From contig NC_092351.1 of the NCBI RefSeq assembly GCF_963676685.1, positions 27,962,001-28,026,000 of the forward strand: a stretch of DNA of 64,000 nt, written 5' to 3'. Below the pieces are notes generated by a model that was not told where the DNA came from, did not search any database, and saw nothing but the letters and a program-made list of their open reading frames with translations. Of the stretch, positions 13,701-26,571 are shown in pieces. Within the stretch, counting starts at the first letter, position 1; each line of letters begins with the position of its first letter. Source of the stretch: Mytilus edulis (lineage: Eukaryota). Position numbers and translations under genes: made by a program.

Positions 13701-14704
13701 TAAATAAAAAATTTAATCCTGGTATCTATGATGAGTTTATTTGATCGCGGTTTCCGACAAAATTGTATTTATGTTACTAAAACGTTTTTGGTAGGAATAG
13801 ATTTAAAGTAAGATCAATATGTGTAACTTATATAACAAAGAAATGATTATATTGTAGAATATACTTAAACAAGTAGAAACTTATATTTCAATTATTATTA
13901 TTTTACGTTGGTTTGTATTATTTAAGGCAATATATTAGTTTACCTTTATGTTCTACCTTTAGGCTTCGTGGACTTGTTTAGAAAAGAGAGGCAAACGATA
14001 TCAAAGGCAAATTCAAACAAAAAAGTCGAAAACAAACTGACAACGCCATAGCCAAAAGGAAACATAACAATAGACAGATAAACAACACAAAACACAACAC
14101 TGAAAACTAAACACTTTGTATGATACACTAAAAACAAAGAAAATTGACTTTTGATTTTATGTTAAGCAGCTGTCTTGCCAAGGTGTCACATAAAAATCTT
14201 AAAAACGGGTTCCTTTGCATTGTTTTTACGAATACAATCCCTTGAGGTCATTTTGTTTTAATTGATAAGATGTTGTGTTTTTTTATCTATGGAAAACAGT
14301 AATTAACGCACTAAATGAAACAAGATCTGTTCCATACATTTTACTTTCTTGATATATTTCCAAACCATGAACATGATAGCGAAATCGAGTTAAGGTGAAA
14401 TGTATGTAATTAACTTTTCAACGAAATTGACTTTATTGGACGTAAGTGAATGCACATATTCGAGTGTCAACAAACAACTAGACATGTTTGGATATTCATT
14501 GAAGTCGACCACACGTTTGGAGAATTTGATATGTTTAAAGGCAGCAAAGAGAAGGAAACGCTTCAGAGCGTAAAACACATTGAAATATATCATTTTAGCA
14601 ACAACAAAAAAGAGGCTGCATTAGTGTACGTCAAACAAGAAATCACAGATGGTTAGCATGAAATCAAATATCAGTTTACATATCTAGCTATGCCTAAAAC
14701 ATAC

Positions 14705-15272
14705 GGTGTCAATATCTTTTCAGTACACCAGTTCCGGATTTCGACAATAAATGTCTCTTCAGTGATGTTAGGGATCAAAACGGTATTTGAAAGGCCATAT
14801 AAAAAGTACCCTCATTTTTAGATGAATTTTAAGAGTCAATATAGGATGAACGGATCATATAAACCGGAGGGAAAATATGATACAAGCCCAAACGAAAAAA
14901 TATAAACGAGTCTTAAATGAAAACTACGTCCAAACCTATGATTGCGTTGGATAAAATCCGCAATTTTTATACGTGTGCATGTAAAAAAGAATTCGTTGTA
15001 GAAGGGTCTCAATACAGCACAAACAACATTTTCCAAAAGACCAAAAAAGTGAAAAAGTATATTTAAACAAAACGCATTTGACTAACAGGTCGAACAACTG
15101 ATGTTCTTAAACCCTGCTGACTGCCAAATAAAATTGATCACGAGATGTAACAAAATGGATCTTAATATAAATTTAATACTAAACAGAAAACGATAAACTT
15201 GTGGCCAAGATGCTATGCCACAAACACAAGGTGTCAATATTTTTTTTTTTTTTTTTTTTTGTACACCAGATC
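14705..15272 (-). mobile_element. Retrozyme-like unit, family C (~525-nt period)
   Basis: ggtgtcaatat...gtacaccag occurs at 14705 and 15230; full hammerhead in the first copy and the cleavage-site end (gatctggtgtac on minus) in the second. A homologous internal segment lies at ~50460-50600. Confidence 0.7.
14725..14768 (-). ncRNA. Type I hammerhead ribozyme motif, family C (cleavage triplet mutated to AAC)
   Basis: Minus strand: acatca-CTGAAGA-gaca tttat tgtc-GAAA-tccgga-AC-tggtgt. Confidence 0.8.
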
Positions 15273-15364
15273 TACAATGTAGATATATATATATACAACT
15301 CGTCTAAACATCAACCCAACAATGTTAGATATGTAAATTTGCTTTCGCAAATTTTTTGTTCTTC

Positions 15365-15457
15365 TCTCGCTGGGATTCGAACCAATGCTTCTCAGATATC
15401 GTGACACCAAATCGCCTACACTGTATCCGGTGCGCTAGACCACACGACCACCTTGGC
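15365..15457 (-). promoter_or_regulatory. tRNA-derived internal Pol III promoter (SINE-type head, not a functional tRNA)
   Basis: A-box-like TGGTCGTGTGG (15450-15440) followed by TCTAGCGC; B box GGTTCGAATCCC (15383-15372). A-B spacing is too long and the acceptor stem does not close. Confidence 0.7.
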
Positions 15458-15460
15458 TTC

Positions 15461-15513
15461 ACAAAAATAAAGCTTTCGGTGGCCGGGTGTTACCTTTCCT
15501 CGTCAGTTTTAAT
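15461..15513 (-). ncRNA. Candidate minimal type I hammerhead ribozyme (family D)
   Basis: aaaa-CTGACGA-GGaaaggtaacacccggccaCC-GAAA-gct-TTA-ttttt: conserved core, G10.1-C11.1 pair, palindromic AAAGCTTT in place of helix III, weak A-U helix I. Confidence 0.5.
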
Positions 15514-16121
15514 CTAGCGTAGTTATACAGTACATAATATATAAGGCATGGAGATGTTATCGTTACAGATCAGCTCAATTATCTATAGTAAAGGATCCTA
15601 CAAATTAATGCAAAATACAGTCACAGGAAATAATTATATATATCCGTACTTATATATATAAGTACGTCTGAGCTAGTGACAACTCTACAACCGATTTATC
15701 CATCGGATCACCAGCAGTGATGGTGATACATGGCTGTGTATATTATGTATATACAACTCGTCTAAACATCAACCCAACAATGTTAGATCTGTAAATTATA
15801 TATATCCTCCTCTTCGGCATTCCAATCCGTCTATAAATATTGTCTAAATACACACAAAATATAACCTTCCTTTGACAGAACTAAATTTCATAGTATTCAT
15901 CTGTAAAATATTTTCTATATACAGACACAATTTCACCATGGAAATGTGTCCTTCTCTTGACATTTTTTAATAGATTTGGACAATATTGCAATATATATAT
16001 TCATGAAATATTGTCTGCGGGAAAATATTTAATAGGACATTTGTTAAACTAAACGGCTAAATTTTAAAACAAATCAGTTTATGTAATTTTATTTATAGAA
16101 AATCATCATGCACCATCATAG

Positions 16122-16420
16122 AACGTCAGTATTGACCCATTTATCATTGCATATATCACGTGATCATGATCTACACAGATTTCGACTACGACAACAACAT
16201 CTATAATTATACTTTCATTTGGAAATCAAAAACAACACTATTGTAAGTATAATGTTTATAGATTTAATAGTCTCAATAAATATTTGAACTTTTTCACCTG
16301 AACTACTTCGTTAATTCTCTGACATCTCATCAGGTATTTGTTAATGTAAATATATTACTTTTTAAATTAATTCAATGGTTGACCCATTTAACATTTTCGA
16401 AAAGTCATTTACGCAGAACT
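16122..16420 (+). promoter_or_regulatory. Paralogous upstream block 1 (probable promoter/5' leader exon of BTB gene 1)
   Basis: Aligns by eye with 30385-30640 and 52595-52875; GTAAGT donor at 16243; seen only upstream of the BTB paralogues. Confidence 0.55.
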
Positions 16421-17579
16421 TATGACAACGACATCGATTTTCATAAACAGAAACTTTTTTACATTACATTATTTCAATTAACATTAAAAGTCAATGTAAA
16501 CCTCTTTATATTTGCAATCAATAGTCGATCAAATTCTTTGTGTTCTATATTTTGCTATGGTTTTTAAATAGCAAAGCCTGTTATTTTATTTTTATACATA
16601 ATCGAAGGCGTAATCAAATGAGGAAGTCGAACTTCGATAGTCATTTGAAGTGCAATGAAAAACAACATTTTCAGGTGATTTCATATTTTTTTCAAAAACA
16701 ATTGTCGTAGCGTGTGAAATAAGATTCATATATCAAGGGAATATTTAAAAATGGTTTTGAAAATAATGCCTTAGGACTTCACATGTTCAATCAAATTTGG
16801 GTAACCCAGCATAATATGTGGTATCCATTTTATAAATACGGAATGTAGTTTTGGTTATGAAAGCCTGAAGAAAAAAAGAAGGCATTCAAAAGTAAAATAA
16901 CAAAAAAAATACCGAACTCCGAGGACAAATCAAACGGAAAGTCCGTAATGAAATGGCCAATCAAAAGCACAAACAAGTCAAACGAATGGACATTCCTGAC
17001 TTGGTACATGCATTCTCTTATGTAAAAACGGATTAAACCTGATTTGTCGCTAGCTTAACCTCTGACTTGTATGACAGTCGCATACTATTCCGTTATATTG
17101 ACAACGAGGTGTGTACAAACAAACATATAAAAATGTCAAATATAGGGGTACACCATTTAACATTGAGTTATAATCTTGAAATTGAAGAAAATAATTCATA
17201 GCAACAGAACACAATGACGGGATGTATAAGAAAAGAGCCACGTCATAAGTTACAAAGAAACACAAAACAAGCATATAGGAAAAGCACATTAAAACAAATG
17301 AAAGACAAGAATACAAATACCATAGCATAACAACATTATGACGGTATGACACGTCAAATGAATATCACAAAAAACTAAAATTAAAAGAAATATTAAGACA
17401 AATTAAAAACTAATTCTTCAGAGAACAATTGACGGTCTTTTCACCTCGCTAATAAGAAAGAAATTATAAAAAAACTATAATAGAAAATGTCACTCCGTGT
17501 TGATGTACTGTGGTAAATCAAACTGATAAAAAAAATGATTAATAGGTTTATGCAGAAGACTCATTTGTTTTATAATGAA

Positions 17580-18370
17580 CCAGAATTAATTTTTAGCAAA
17601 GGTCAAAATCTAGAACGTCAAATTGACCTTTGACATTGATCTCAATTTTAAGATCATAGGTCAGTGATCTCAAATCAAAGGACCCCAGGTCAATCACATG
17701 TATGGCTGTGGAGAAATGCTGATTTAAAATACCTAAGGGGAGAAAACTCCTATACGGGTTAACCAAAGCTCTTCGACTTAAATAGGTTGAAGTTGCGCCT
17801 TGTTATAAACAGTTATCTGGCAAAGACATCATATCATTTATTGTAACAGTTTCTTTTGAATAGCGATAACAAGCAAATTTCAAACTTTTTTACATGACCT
17901 TGACCTTTGACCTTGACCTCAATTTACTTCAAATAGACCAAGGACTTTATATCAAAAGACTGTAGGCCTCTACGACTTATAACGTATGAATTTACCCAAC
18001 ATATCGATTATTTTAAATTTTCAAAGGGAAATAACTCCCATAAGATGTCTTCCGATCACTTCAGTCAAAATTAACCAAATCATTCTTAAGAGTAGACGAA
18101 CAATTTGGTGAAAACAGTTTGTTAAAATCTTTTACGATTTTAGAGATATAGCGATAACAAGAAAAAAGGGACGCGAGGAGATAACTCCTGTAGGAATAAG
18201 TGTTCGGTCACACAGGGTGAGTTTTGAAATCCCCATTACTGTACAACATCTTTGGCCAAAAATCCATTCGATATGTTGCAAGACAAAAAAGCATCTCACA
18301 AGGCAGAAGAAAAATAATAATTAGAAGAAAAACAAAAGGTCTTTCCACGAAAAGTGGAAAGACCTAATAA
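17580..18370. mobile_element. Helentron/HINE-like non-autonomous element
   Basis: Internal tgacctt(t)gacc repeats and a perfect terminal hairpin aggtctttccac-gaaaa-gtggaaagacct (18337-18365). Confidence 0.55.
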
Positions 18371-20104
18371 AAAGAATTCTGTAACACGTTTTCGATATGA
18401 TAAACAACATCAGTACCCATATTCTACATTTCAAGACAATCATTTATTATTTGTGAAGTTGATTTGGAAGATTCATCAACAATGTATTGATGAACTTTTT
18501 TTAGAAAGGAAGAGATGTTCTTTGACAAACTCCTTTTTCATCAACTTTCCACTCGGACACTGGTGACGTTGTACAAAGTCTGAGTAATAACTGAAAGCTC
18601 TTGAATACCGAATAAGTTGAAACTTCATATCCCATATACAAGTGAAGTTGGTATATAGCTATTAAGATGGATAAATTTATCATTTCAAATTTCAAACCAT
18701 CTCGTTTAAAATATTTGTAAAGCCAAACAGGTAAAAAGTTGAAGAGCATTGAGGATCCAAAATTCCAAAAAGTTGTGCCAAACACGGCTAAGGTAATCTA
18801 TGCCTGGGATAAGAAAATGACATAAAACTATGTTTAACAGTTCTATTCAACTTACCTGCCCCATAGGTCTTCAATGCAGCGAGAAACTACCGCACCCGGA
18901 TGCTTCCTTCAGCTAGCCCCTAAACAAATAGCTATACTAGTTCAGTGATAACGGACGTCATACTAAACTCCGAATTACAGTCAAGAAACTAAAATTAAAA
19001 ATCATACAAGACTAACAAAGGAAGGATTAGTTTTTCTCATCACTTGGTTTCCATTGTTGTTGTTGTCGCTGTCGTCCGTCGTTGTTACCTTTACAAAAAT
19101 CTTCTTGTATGATACTCCTGATTTAAATGTAACCAAAATTGGCCATTATGATCATAAGGGTATCTGGTTTGTAAAGAATCCATATTTTGAATAAATATTA
19201 AATAATTTACCAATTTGTAAATGACCCAGTTTGCATAATAATTGATATCTACCATTGTTTTCAAATTGTGTAACAAAATATCATCACATGAAACCAATAA
19301 CAGAAGTTTGAGATATATTCCCTTGACCTTTAATTTTGTCATTTAGATCTGCATAGTCTTGATGATTATGCAAAGATTGTATTAATTCACTTAATTTTTT
19401 TTAATAAACACTCTAGAATAAAAAAAAAAAAACCATCATTTTTGTCCACAAAAAAGGATTTAAGGTGTTCTTGGTTTGAACCATCATCATAATGGAGATT
19501 AACAAATGTTTGTATTTTAAGTGTTTGAAAGTCTCTTATCTTATTTTTCAGAATTTGCTGATTCAAAAAAGATGACATCATATAGAATGACTCCAACCCG
19601 AAATAAAAGATATGACGTAGACTATGTATGTTTTATTTTTTTTAATGAATTAAGAACATTCCTTTTTATCTCTAAGGCAGCATCGTTATTCAGGCCGGAT
19701 TATTAATGACATTTTTAATCCTAGTATCTATGATGAGTTTATTGTAATGGTCGGTCACTTGTCCATAGTAAACTGTTATTCTTTTTAAATAATTGAACAC
19801 GCCTAACGAATGCTCAACCAATCGGTAGTTAATGTCACGCTATGATTATACGAATACGGGTTCAACTGAAGTAGTTTTTTTTTATTTGCAAGTCAATAAT
19901 ACAGTTGCTTATTTATCGATTTTATTTTCACTTAATAGAACACAACTTACTTCTTATGGCGAAATAGTATTTAAACATTTCCAAATGTTTGAAAAAACTT
20001 TGTTTCTTGTTGGGTTTTTTTCAAATGACAGTATACGCTGCTTTAATAACTTAGTGGTGAGGTTATATAGCAAGCAAATTTTGATTTTCTAATTACTTTG
20101 ATCT

Positions 20105-20150
20105 GAGCGTCACTGAAGAGTCTTATGTACACAAAACGCGTGTCTGGTGT
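20105..20150 (+). ncRNA. Decayed family A hammerhead motif
   Basis: gcgtca-CTGAAGA-gtcttatgtacac-AAAA-cgcgtg-TC-tggtgt (G12 lost). Confidence 0.6.
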
Positions 20151-21299
20151 ATCAAATTATAAACCTGATGCCGTTGGTAGCATATCTGGCCTTAATATAA
20201 AAAATTGCCGACGTGTTTCTTTTTTTAAATCTTTAACATGTATAATAATAAGACATCTGTAAATGTCTTTGTTATTTTTTAAATAGCTTTGAAGAACCAA
20301 AACTTGCCAATAATAAAGCTATGAAAATTCCAGAGGGATCATTTTCCCGCCAAAATTGCAATAGCTATTATCTCGAAATCAAGCATATGGGCCTATATTT
20401 TTCCGCTTTTTTGGTTCCTTTATCTATCTCATCATTATATACAAGTGTTTTCAAAAATCCTTAAATATAATGAATTTATCATAAACCGATTCTTTTTAAA
20501 AAATAACAGAACTAAAACTAACATGAATTTATGAAAACATTTTTAAGTCAACGAACCGAATCTTTTGGTAAAAAGATATAATTACAAAGGAATTGATTGA
20601 GCTAATGTAACGTGATACAGGTCTCATTTAACTATCGTAAGTGTTTCTCCTTAAACTAAACAAGCCACAAACTTTTATAATGTACACTATGAAAATATGT
20701 CAAAGTAAAAACATCATGACTGGATAGGTGTTAAATAATGTCTATTAAAATAAAATGAAATTTTGTGGTTCTCCTTACCCGATTTTATCGTAGATTTGAC
20801 CATATCAACATGTGAACATTTCATCAAAATGGAATGTTTGAACCTTATAAAACTGCATACCAAATATCAATGAATACTTCCACTGAAAGTGACCTACTCA
20901 AAATCTTTCACACATTGATATCGCAGCAACCACGTTTAACATCACGCCTATGTATAACCTGGTTCATGTGTATGCGAAGGCGAGAAACAATCAGGTTGTT
21001 TGTCATTCATAATTTCCAAATAAATGCAGTTATATTAAATGAAAAAGTCCTTCACTTGTTTTTCTTCAAACAATATATAATTTTTCGTGATATTCGATTA
21101 GTTTTAAAACCCGAAGATATAGAGTAGATACCAGTATACAGACTTGAGACTATATAACTTAACAACATGTTTGTCGGTATAAAAAAAAACTTTTGGTGTG
21201 GCTGCATGGGTTCAAAATTCCAGGATCACTTATATGTCAAGTATGCTTCTGTAGAAAAATTAAGTATATGTTGCCTTTTGATAGTCAAAGTCTGTAAAT

Positions 21300-22757
21300 A
21301 TTCATAATATCTGATAAAACGTCGCATTCATAAGTTGAAAAACTGTGTGAATGATCCGTTTTCAGTGACAAAGAGGCTGTAAAATGGCTATCATCTCTTC
21401 AAGATAAGTATGTTGTTGTTCCTGCGGACAAAGCTTCAAATAATATTGTCTTTATATGTAAATCGTATTACTACGAGTGTCTTGTAAAAGAATTAGGAAT
21501 AAATGAGCACTCAGGTAATCCCACATACAAAAACATATCATTTGACAATTTTGATATTTTGGCGAATCATAAGTCCTTCATGGCTTCTATGAACATTGCA
21601 TTGAACAACAAATCGGAGTCTAACCTTGTCTAGATTGGATACCTAAACTTGACAACATTCCGTACAAGCAACGGTACATTGCCGGCTCATCTGCATGTTC
21701 TACTCAAGAATTGTCCTTTAGATTGACTAAAATTCTGTCCGCAGTGAAAGAGGGTCTTCAGATATACTGTGAAACTGTTTACTCGCGTAGTGATATTAAC
21801 CATATGTGGATTCTTAAAAACTCTAAAGAACTTCTGGATAATTTTAAATCTCGGTCTTTTTCTGAAATTAGTTCTATCAAAACTTTTGATTTTTCAACCT
21901 TGTATACAACCATTCCCCATGTGAAATTGAAAAACCGTCTAAAAGAAATAATCCACAATGCTTTTCATCATAACAATGGTAGCATACGCTATAAATTTAT
22001 CACTTTGGGATTCCATAAGGCATATTTTGTTAAGAAGGAACAAAAGGGTAAAACATACTACACAGAGGAACAAGTGATCAGTATGCTGGAGTTTCTTATT
22101 AACAACGTATTTGTTGAATTTGGAGGTAGACTTTTTCAACGAATTGTCGGCATTCCTATGGGAACGAACTGTACGCCTCTCCTAGCCGACCTCTTCTTAT
22201 TTTCATATGAATCGGAGTTCCTTCAGACACTTGTCAAAAACAAGAAGATCAAAGAAGACAGGTTATTTAATTTCACTTTCAGATATATTGATGATGTTCT
22301 TTCCATTAACAATCCGAACTTTTCTGATTGGGTTCCATTAACATATCCACCAGAACTAGAAATTAAAGAGACAACAGACACGGCTTCCTCCGCCTCATTT
22401 TTAGACTTATACCTCGAATTTGACATACACAGTCGTCTCAGTACCAGAATCTATGACAAACGAGACGATTTTAATTTTGAAATTATCAATTTCCCCCACC
22501 TTAGTAGTAATATACCAACTTCATCTGCATATGGAATATACATTTCCCAATTTATTCGGTATTCAAGAGCTTGTAGCTCCTATTCAGACTTTGTAAAACG
22601 TCACCAGTGTCTGAGCAGAAAGTTGATGAACCAGGGGTATGTCACAGAACGTCTCGTCCATTTTCTTAAAAAAAAGTTCATCGGAAGGTACCAAGAACTT
22701 GTTGATAAATATTCCGTATCAACTTCACAAATAATACAAGATGGTCTTGAAGTATAG
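21300..22757 (+). pseudogene. Penelope-like element reverse transcriptase, 5'-truncated (Naiad-like: no C-terminal GIY-YIG)
   Basis: YVVVPADKASNNIVFICK (~21408-21460), WIPKL..PYKQRYIAGS, TFDFSTLYTTIPH, GIPMGTNC.PLLADLFL, FRYIDDVL, FLDL, YDKRDDFNF; frameshift/stop near 21630; ORF ends just after the thumb region. Confidence 0.9.
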
Positions 22758-23124
22758 ATTTTGCGTACTGACGTTAGTTATCATCTTTATAACGTGTTAT
22801 AGTATTTGTCTTTAAAAATATTACTTTTACAGTTAAGTCAGTTTTTTTAGATATTCGTTTGACGTGACTCTGTGCTTATGTCAACCATCATACTTTGAAC
22901 CACACAGTTATTTTATTTATTATTATTACTTTTACTGTTATGTCTGTTATATCTACTTTACGTGACTCTGCATTAATGTATGCCGTCATACTTTGAACGG
23001 CAACATTATTTTATGTCTATCCGTGCGAATTTCAAACGCGCAATTTTACACCAGTACTGAAAACCTTCCATCCTTTATGGGTAGATTTTACATAGATAAA
23101 TAAAATCGTATAAGATAAGCAAAA

Positions 23125-23510
23125 TGAGGATGTTAAATTTGATGTATGCCTTTTTGTGCTTCTTCGTTACATTTGTTGTTTTTATAGTGATTAAGATGAT
23201 AACACAATGTTGACTGCTGTACCCCTATTTTTGACATTTTTACTTATTGCGTCTGTTTGTTTTGTTCACACATCGTTGACAATGTAATGGAATTTGATTA
23301 GACTGCCATACAAGTGAGAAGTTTAGCTAGCAATAAAACCAGGTTCAATCCACCATTTTTTACATAAGAAAATGCCTGTACCAAGTCAAGAATATGACAG
23401 TTGTTATCCATTCGTTTGATGTGTTTGGACTTTTGATTTTGCCATTTGATTTTGGACTTTCCTTTTTGAATTTTCCTCGGAGTTCAGTATTTTTGTGGTT
23501 TTTTTTTGGT
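23125..23510 (+). repeat. High-copy dispersed repeat (cctgtaccaagtca(a/g)gaatatgacagttg family)
   Basis: Copies at ~2425-2560, 12330-12510(-), 16890-17350(-), 35430-35640(-), 46300-46350(-), 47440-47760(-) and 52965-53050. Confidence 0.75.
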
Positions 23511-23848
23511 TTTTTTTATAATACTACACCTTTAATTTTACAAACAAATAAAACCATATTCAACGCACAAATACTGGTAATTTATTTTATTTTTTATGAC
23601 ATATAATTTCATTACAAGCATTAGTTTTTATATACAATTAAAACATGTAACAGTTTAATTTGCAATCGCAAGTCTGACACATCATGAAACTGGTGCATAA
23701 CACTGAGAAACGTCAAATAGTACTCACTGTGACAATAATGTAATGATAAGTATTCCATTTCTTTTGTCTACAAACAATTGGATACTAGCTTGAAAAAAAA
23801 CACATAAGTATATAACATATATAAGTACTATGTTTGATTCTATTATAG

Positions 23849-26316
23849 GGAGCTACATATAAACGTGTTGACATTACGATACAAGAGAGTGTAGAAACTA
23901 CAGCAGATAGATTGGCCAAAATATGTCTGACGGATGACATGGCGGATGTGTTCTTCTCATTTCAAAATGAAAAAACATCCCGCATACCAGCTCATAAAAT
24001 GATCTTAGCACTGAGAAGTCCTGTGTTCAAGGCCATGTTTTATGGTAGTTTTTCACAAAGTGAAGGCGATATAAGTATCGAAGATATCAGTTTAAATACA
24101 TTTAAGAGACTAATGGGGTAAGTAATACTCAGTATACAGTATATAGAAAATTATACGTCAAACTGAAAACTATTAGTGTTTTTATCAACCGTTCTGCAAT
24201 AATTTTTTACTTTGCATACTATTTTTTTGTATAAAATAATACAATGTTGTAGTAGAGTTTATGAATTCACACAAACATCTAGGTAAGATAAGCTCACAAA
24301 GGGGAGTGCTGTAAAAACGAATAGAATGTTCAGTGCAAACATTGAAAAATACATCAAAATTAATCTTCTTTCGTCTAGGGTTAAAGTCCGACTCCTTACT
24401 CTTGTAAGGATCAAAGGGGTTGCATTATTACCCTTTGCTAAAGAGGATGATCAAAATATTATACCCAAACGAGTACGGTTTTCGAGTCTATTGCTATTCC
24501 TTAAATATACATAAAGCAAGAAAAAAAAACTATATGACGTCTAAATCAGATTTGTTACTTTTTTTTTAAATCTTGACTTAATAACATTCATAATGCACAT
24601 TACTAAAAAAAATAAAGCGCTCAAGTGCATTTGTGATTAATTATAAAAACGCTGAGGTGCATTTAAAACACAAATAAACTTCACTTTGGATCATGAAAAA
24701 AAAATTTAACCTGTGACAATTACCTTTCAACTGTTGAAATTTCATGTCTGCCTTTCCACAAATATTGTTACTTTGCATTTGTTTTCAATGAACCTGGCAA
24801 CCAATCGGACTATGATAAATAGTATATTGGCACAAATTATTTTAAATGGTGGTAAGTTTAAAGAATTATAAAATACTATTTAAAAGGTGCAGTAGGGTGC
24901 AATATTAACTAAAAAAATAAAGGTTTCAGGGCCATCATGAAACCGGTTCAAACAATGAGGAGACATTTCTGACAAAATTGAAATCAGATTGCTTTATATC
25001 AATAGAAGTTATTGATAAACAGTTATTTAAAATCATCAACAACACTATTTGTTTCAGAATGTCTTGATGCAAAGTAATACATAGATCACATAGTAATGAT
25101 TTGAAAGTGCAGGCAAGATTTTCGAAATCTAATTCCTGTATCTAATTTCATATGTTTCAGATATCTATATACCGATCATCTTCAGCTTGCCAAAGATTCT
25201 GTAATTGCTTTATTGTATGCTGCCAAAAAATATCAGATCGCAGGGTTAATCTCAAAATGTGAAACCTACCTACAAGATAACCTCGATGTCAGCAATGCAT
25301 GTTCTCTTTTCAGTAATGCAAAAATTTTCACAATGGAAAAACTCAAAATCAATGCACTTAAATTTATATCCGAAAATGCGATCGAAGTGTTGAAAAATGA
25401 TGATTTTCTCTTGCTCCCTTCAGAGGACTTAGTTGATATTCTTAAGCTTGATTCCCTGTGTGTACCAGAAATTGATGTATTCAGAGCTGTTCTTAAGTGG
25501 GTTGATAATGAATTGACCAAAAACAAAACCATAATCTCCGGGAAATCAAGAAGAGCTTATTTTCTTAAAGATGGTATTCTATTCACTATCGGAATCCCTC
25601 TACTTCCTCTGGAAGAATATACATCAGTTGTTATACCGAGTGGTGTTTTAACAGACGAGGAACAGCTGCAAAGTTTTAAGGCTATAACAATTCCCAATAA
25701 TGCATCAACATGCGGAAAATTCAGAAAATATTCGAGAATAGGATGTAAGGTAACTGAGATTTCAATTGATGATATACTGTATGCAGGCAATCACTATCCT
25801 AAAATGAAAAATCAGTGGGTTAATTTACAATCAGAAACTTTATCGATGAGTGCAAACAGAAGAATTAAGATTAAATCAATCTCCATCAATCCACGATTTC
25901 AACAACACAAAATGCCGAATAATTGCAGATTGAATTTTAATATCAAAATTGACACTGTTACTAATATTGAAAACGAAGACTTTGAAGAAGAGTATGATGG
26001 AAGCGATGTTTCAAAACCCAATGAGGAAGGCACAAACACGGTGAATGTTAATTTTGAAGGAAGAGTTTGCAAAGTTCCAATCGACAGACTTATTTCCGAA
26101 ACAGAAAAGCTGGAATTGACAATCAGATCAACAGATGGATATTATAATAAAGGAGGGCCAGGCTCAATCAAACACACGATCGCGAGGTTACCATATGTAA
26201 ATCCTAGGTTTAATGACATGATGTACCAACATAAGTTATCTCAACAAACAACTCTGTTTTTGTCATTGACAGACGGATATTTATTGGAAAGTTTTGAAGT
26301 GATAGAAATGTGCTGA
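23849..26316 (+). CDS. BTB/POZ-BACK domain protein (BTBD1/2/3/6-like Cullin-3 adaptor family), paralogue 1; exons 23849-24117 and 25161-26316
   Basis: ADVFF...IPAHKMILALRSPVFKAMFYG...; phase-2 intron GG|gtaagt...tttcag|A restores GYLYTD...LYAAKKYQIAGL..C..L; BACK-like LCVPEIDVFRAVLKW. The true start is uncertain (first in-frame ATG at 23939). Confidence 0.9.
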
Positions 26317-26571
26317 TAGAACAGACAGACATGTTTTTTTCGGGACTTAACCAAATGAATTTTGATAATTACATAATCCAAATGCATTCCTTACAATCAT
26401 GAAATACTTGTTACTGTCAAATGTGTAGATTATCTGTTTACCACCATCTTGAATTGTACAAAAACAGTTGACAGTAGCTAGAGTTCCTTGCTTAAATCTT
26501 CCAATTATGGAGACGAATAGGTATTAAAGGGGTTAATTGGAATAAAGAAAATTAAGTGCTTCCATTTCCTA

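Larger units (their letters stand above)
15292..15797 (-). mobile_element. ~458-nt unit with 48-bp terminal direct repeat, tRNA-derived Pol III promoter and hammerhead-like core
   Basis: tatacaactcgtctaaacatcaacccaacaatgttagat(a/c)tgtaaatt at 15292-15339 and 15750-15797; internal A/B boxes and CUGACGA...GAAA on the minus strand. Confidence 0.7.

Noticed and set aside
15365-15457. Functional tRNA gene
   Set aside because: No closed acceptor stem or canonical anticodon arm; treated as a SINE-type head.
21345-21360. TGA upstream of the Penelope-like RT (some Naiad elements encode selenoproteins)
   Set aside because: It appears to result from a local deletion/frameshift in a decayed region, not a conserved in-frame UGA.
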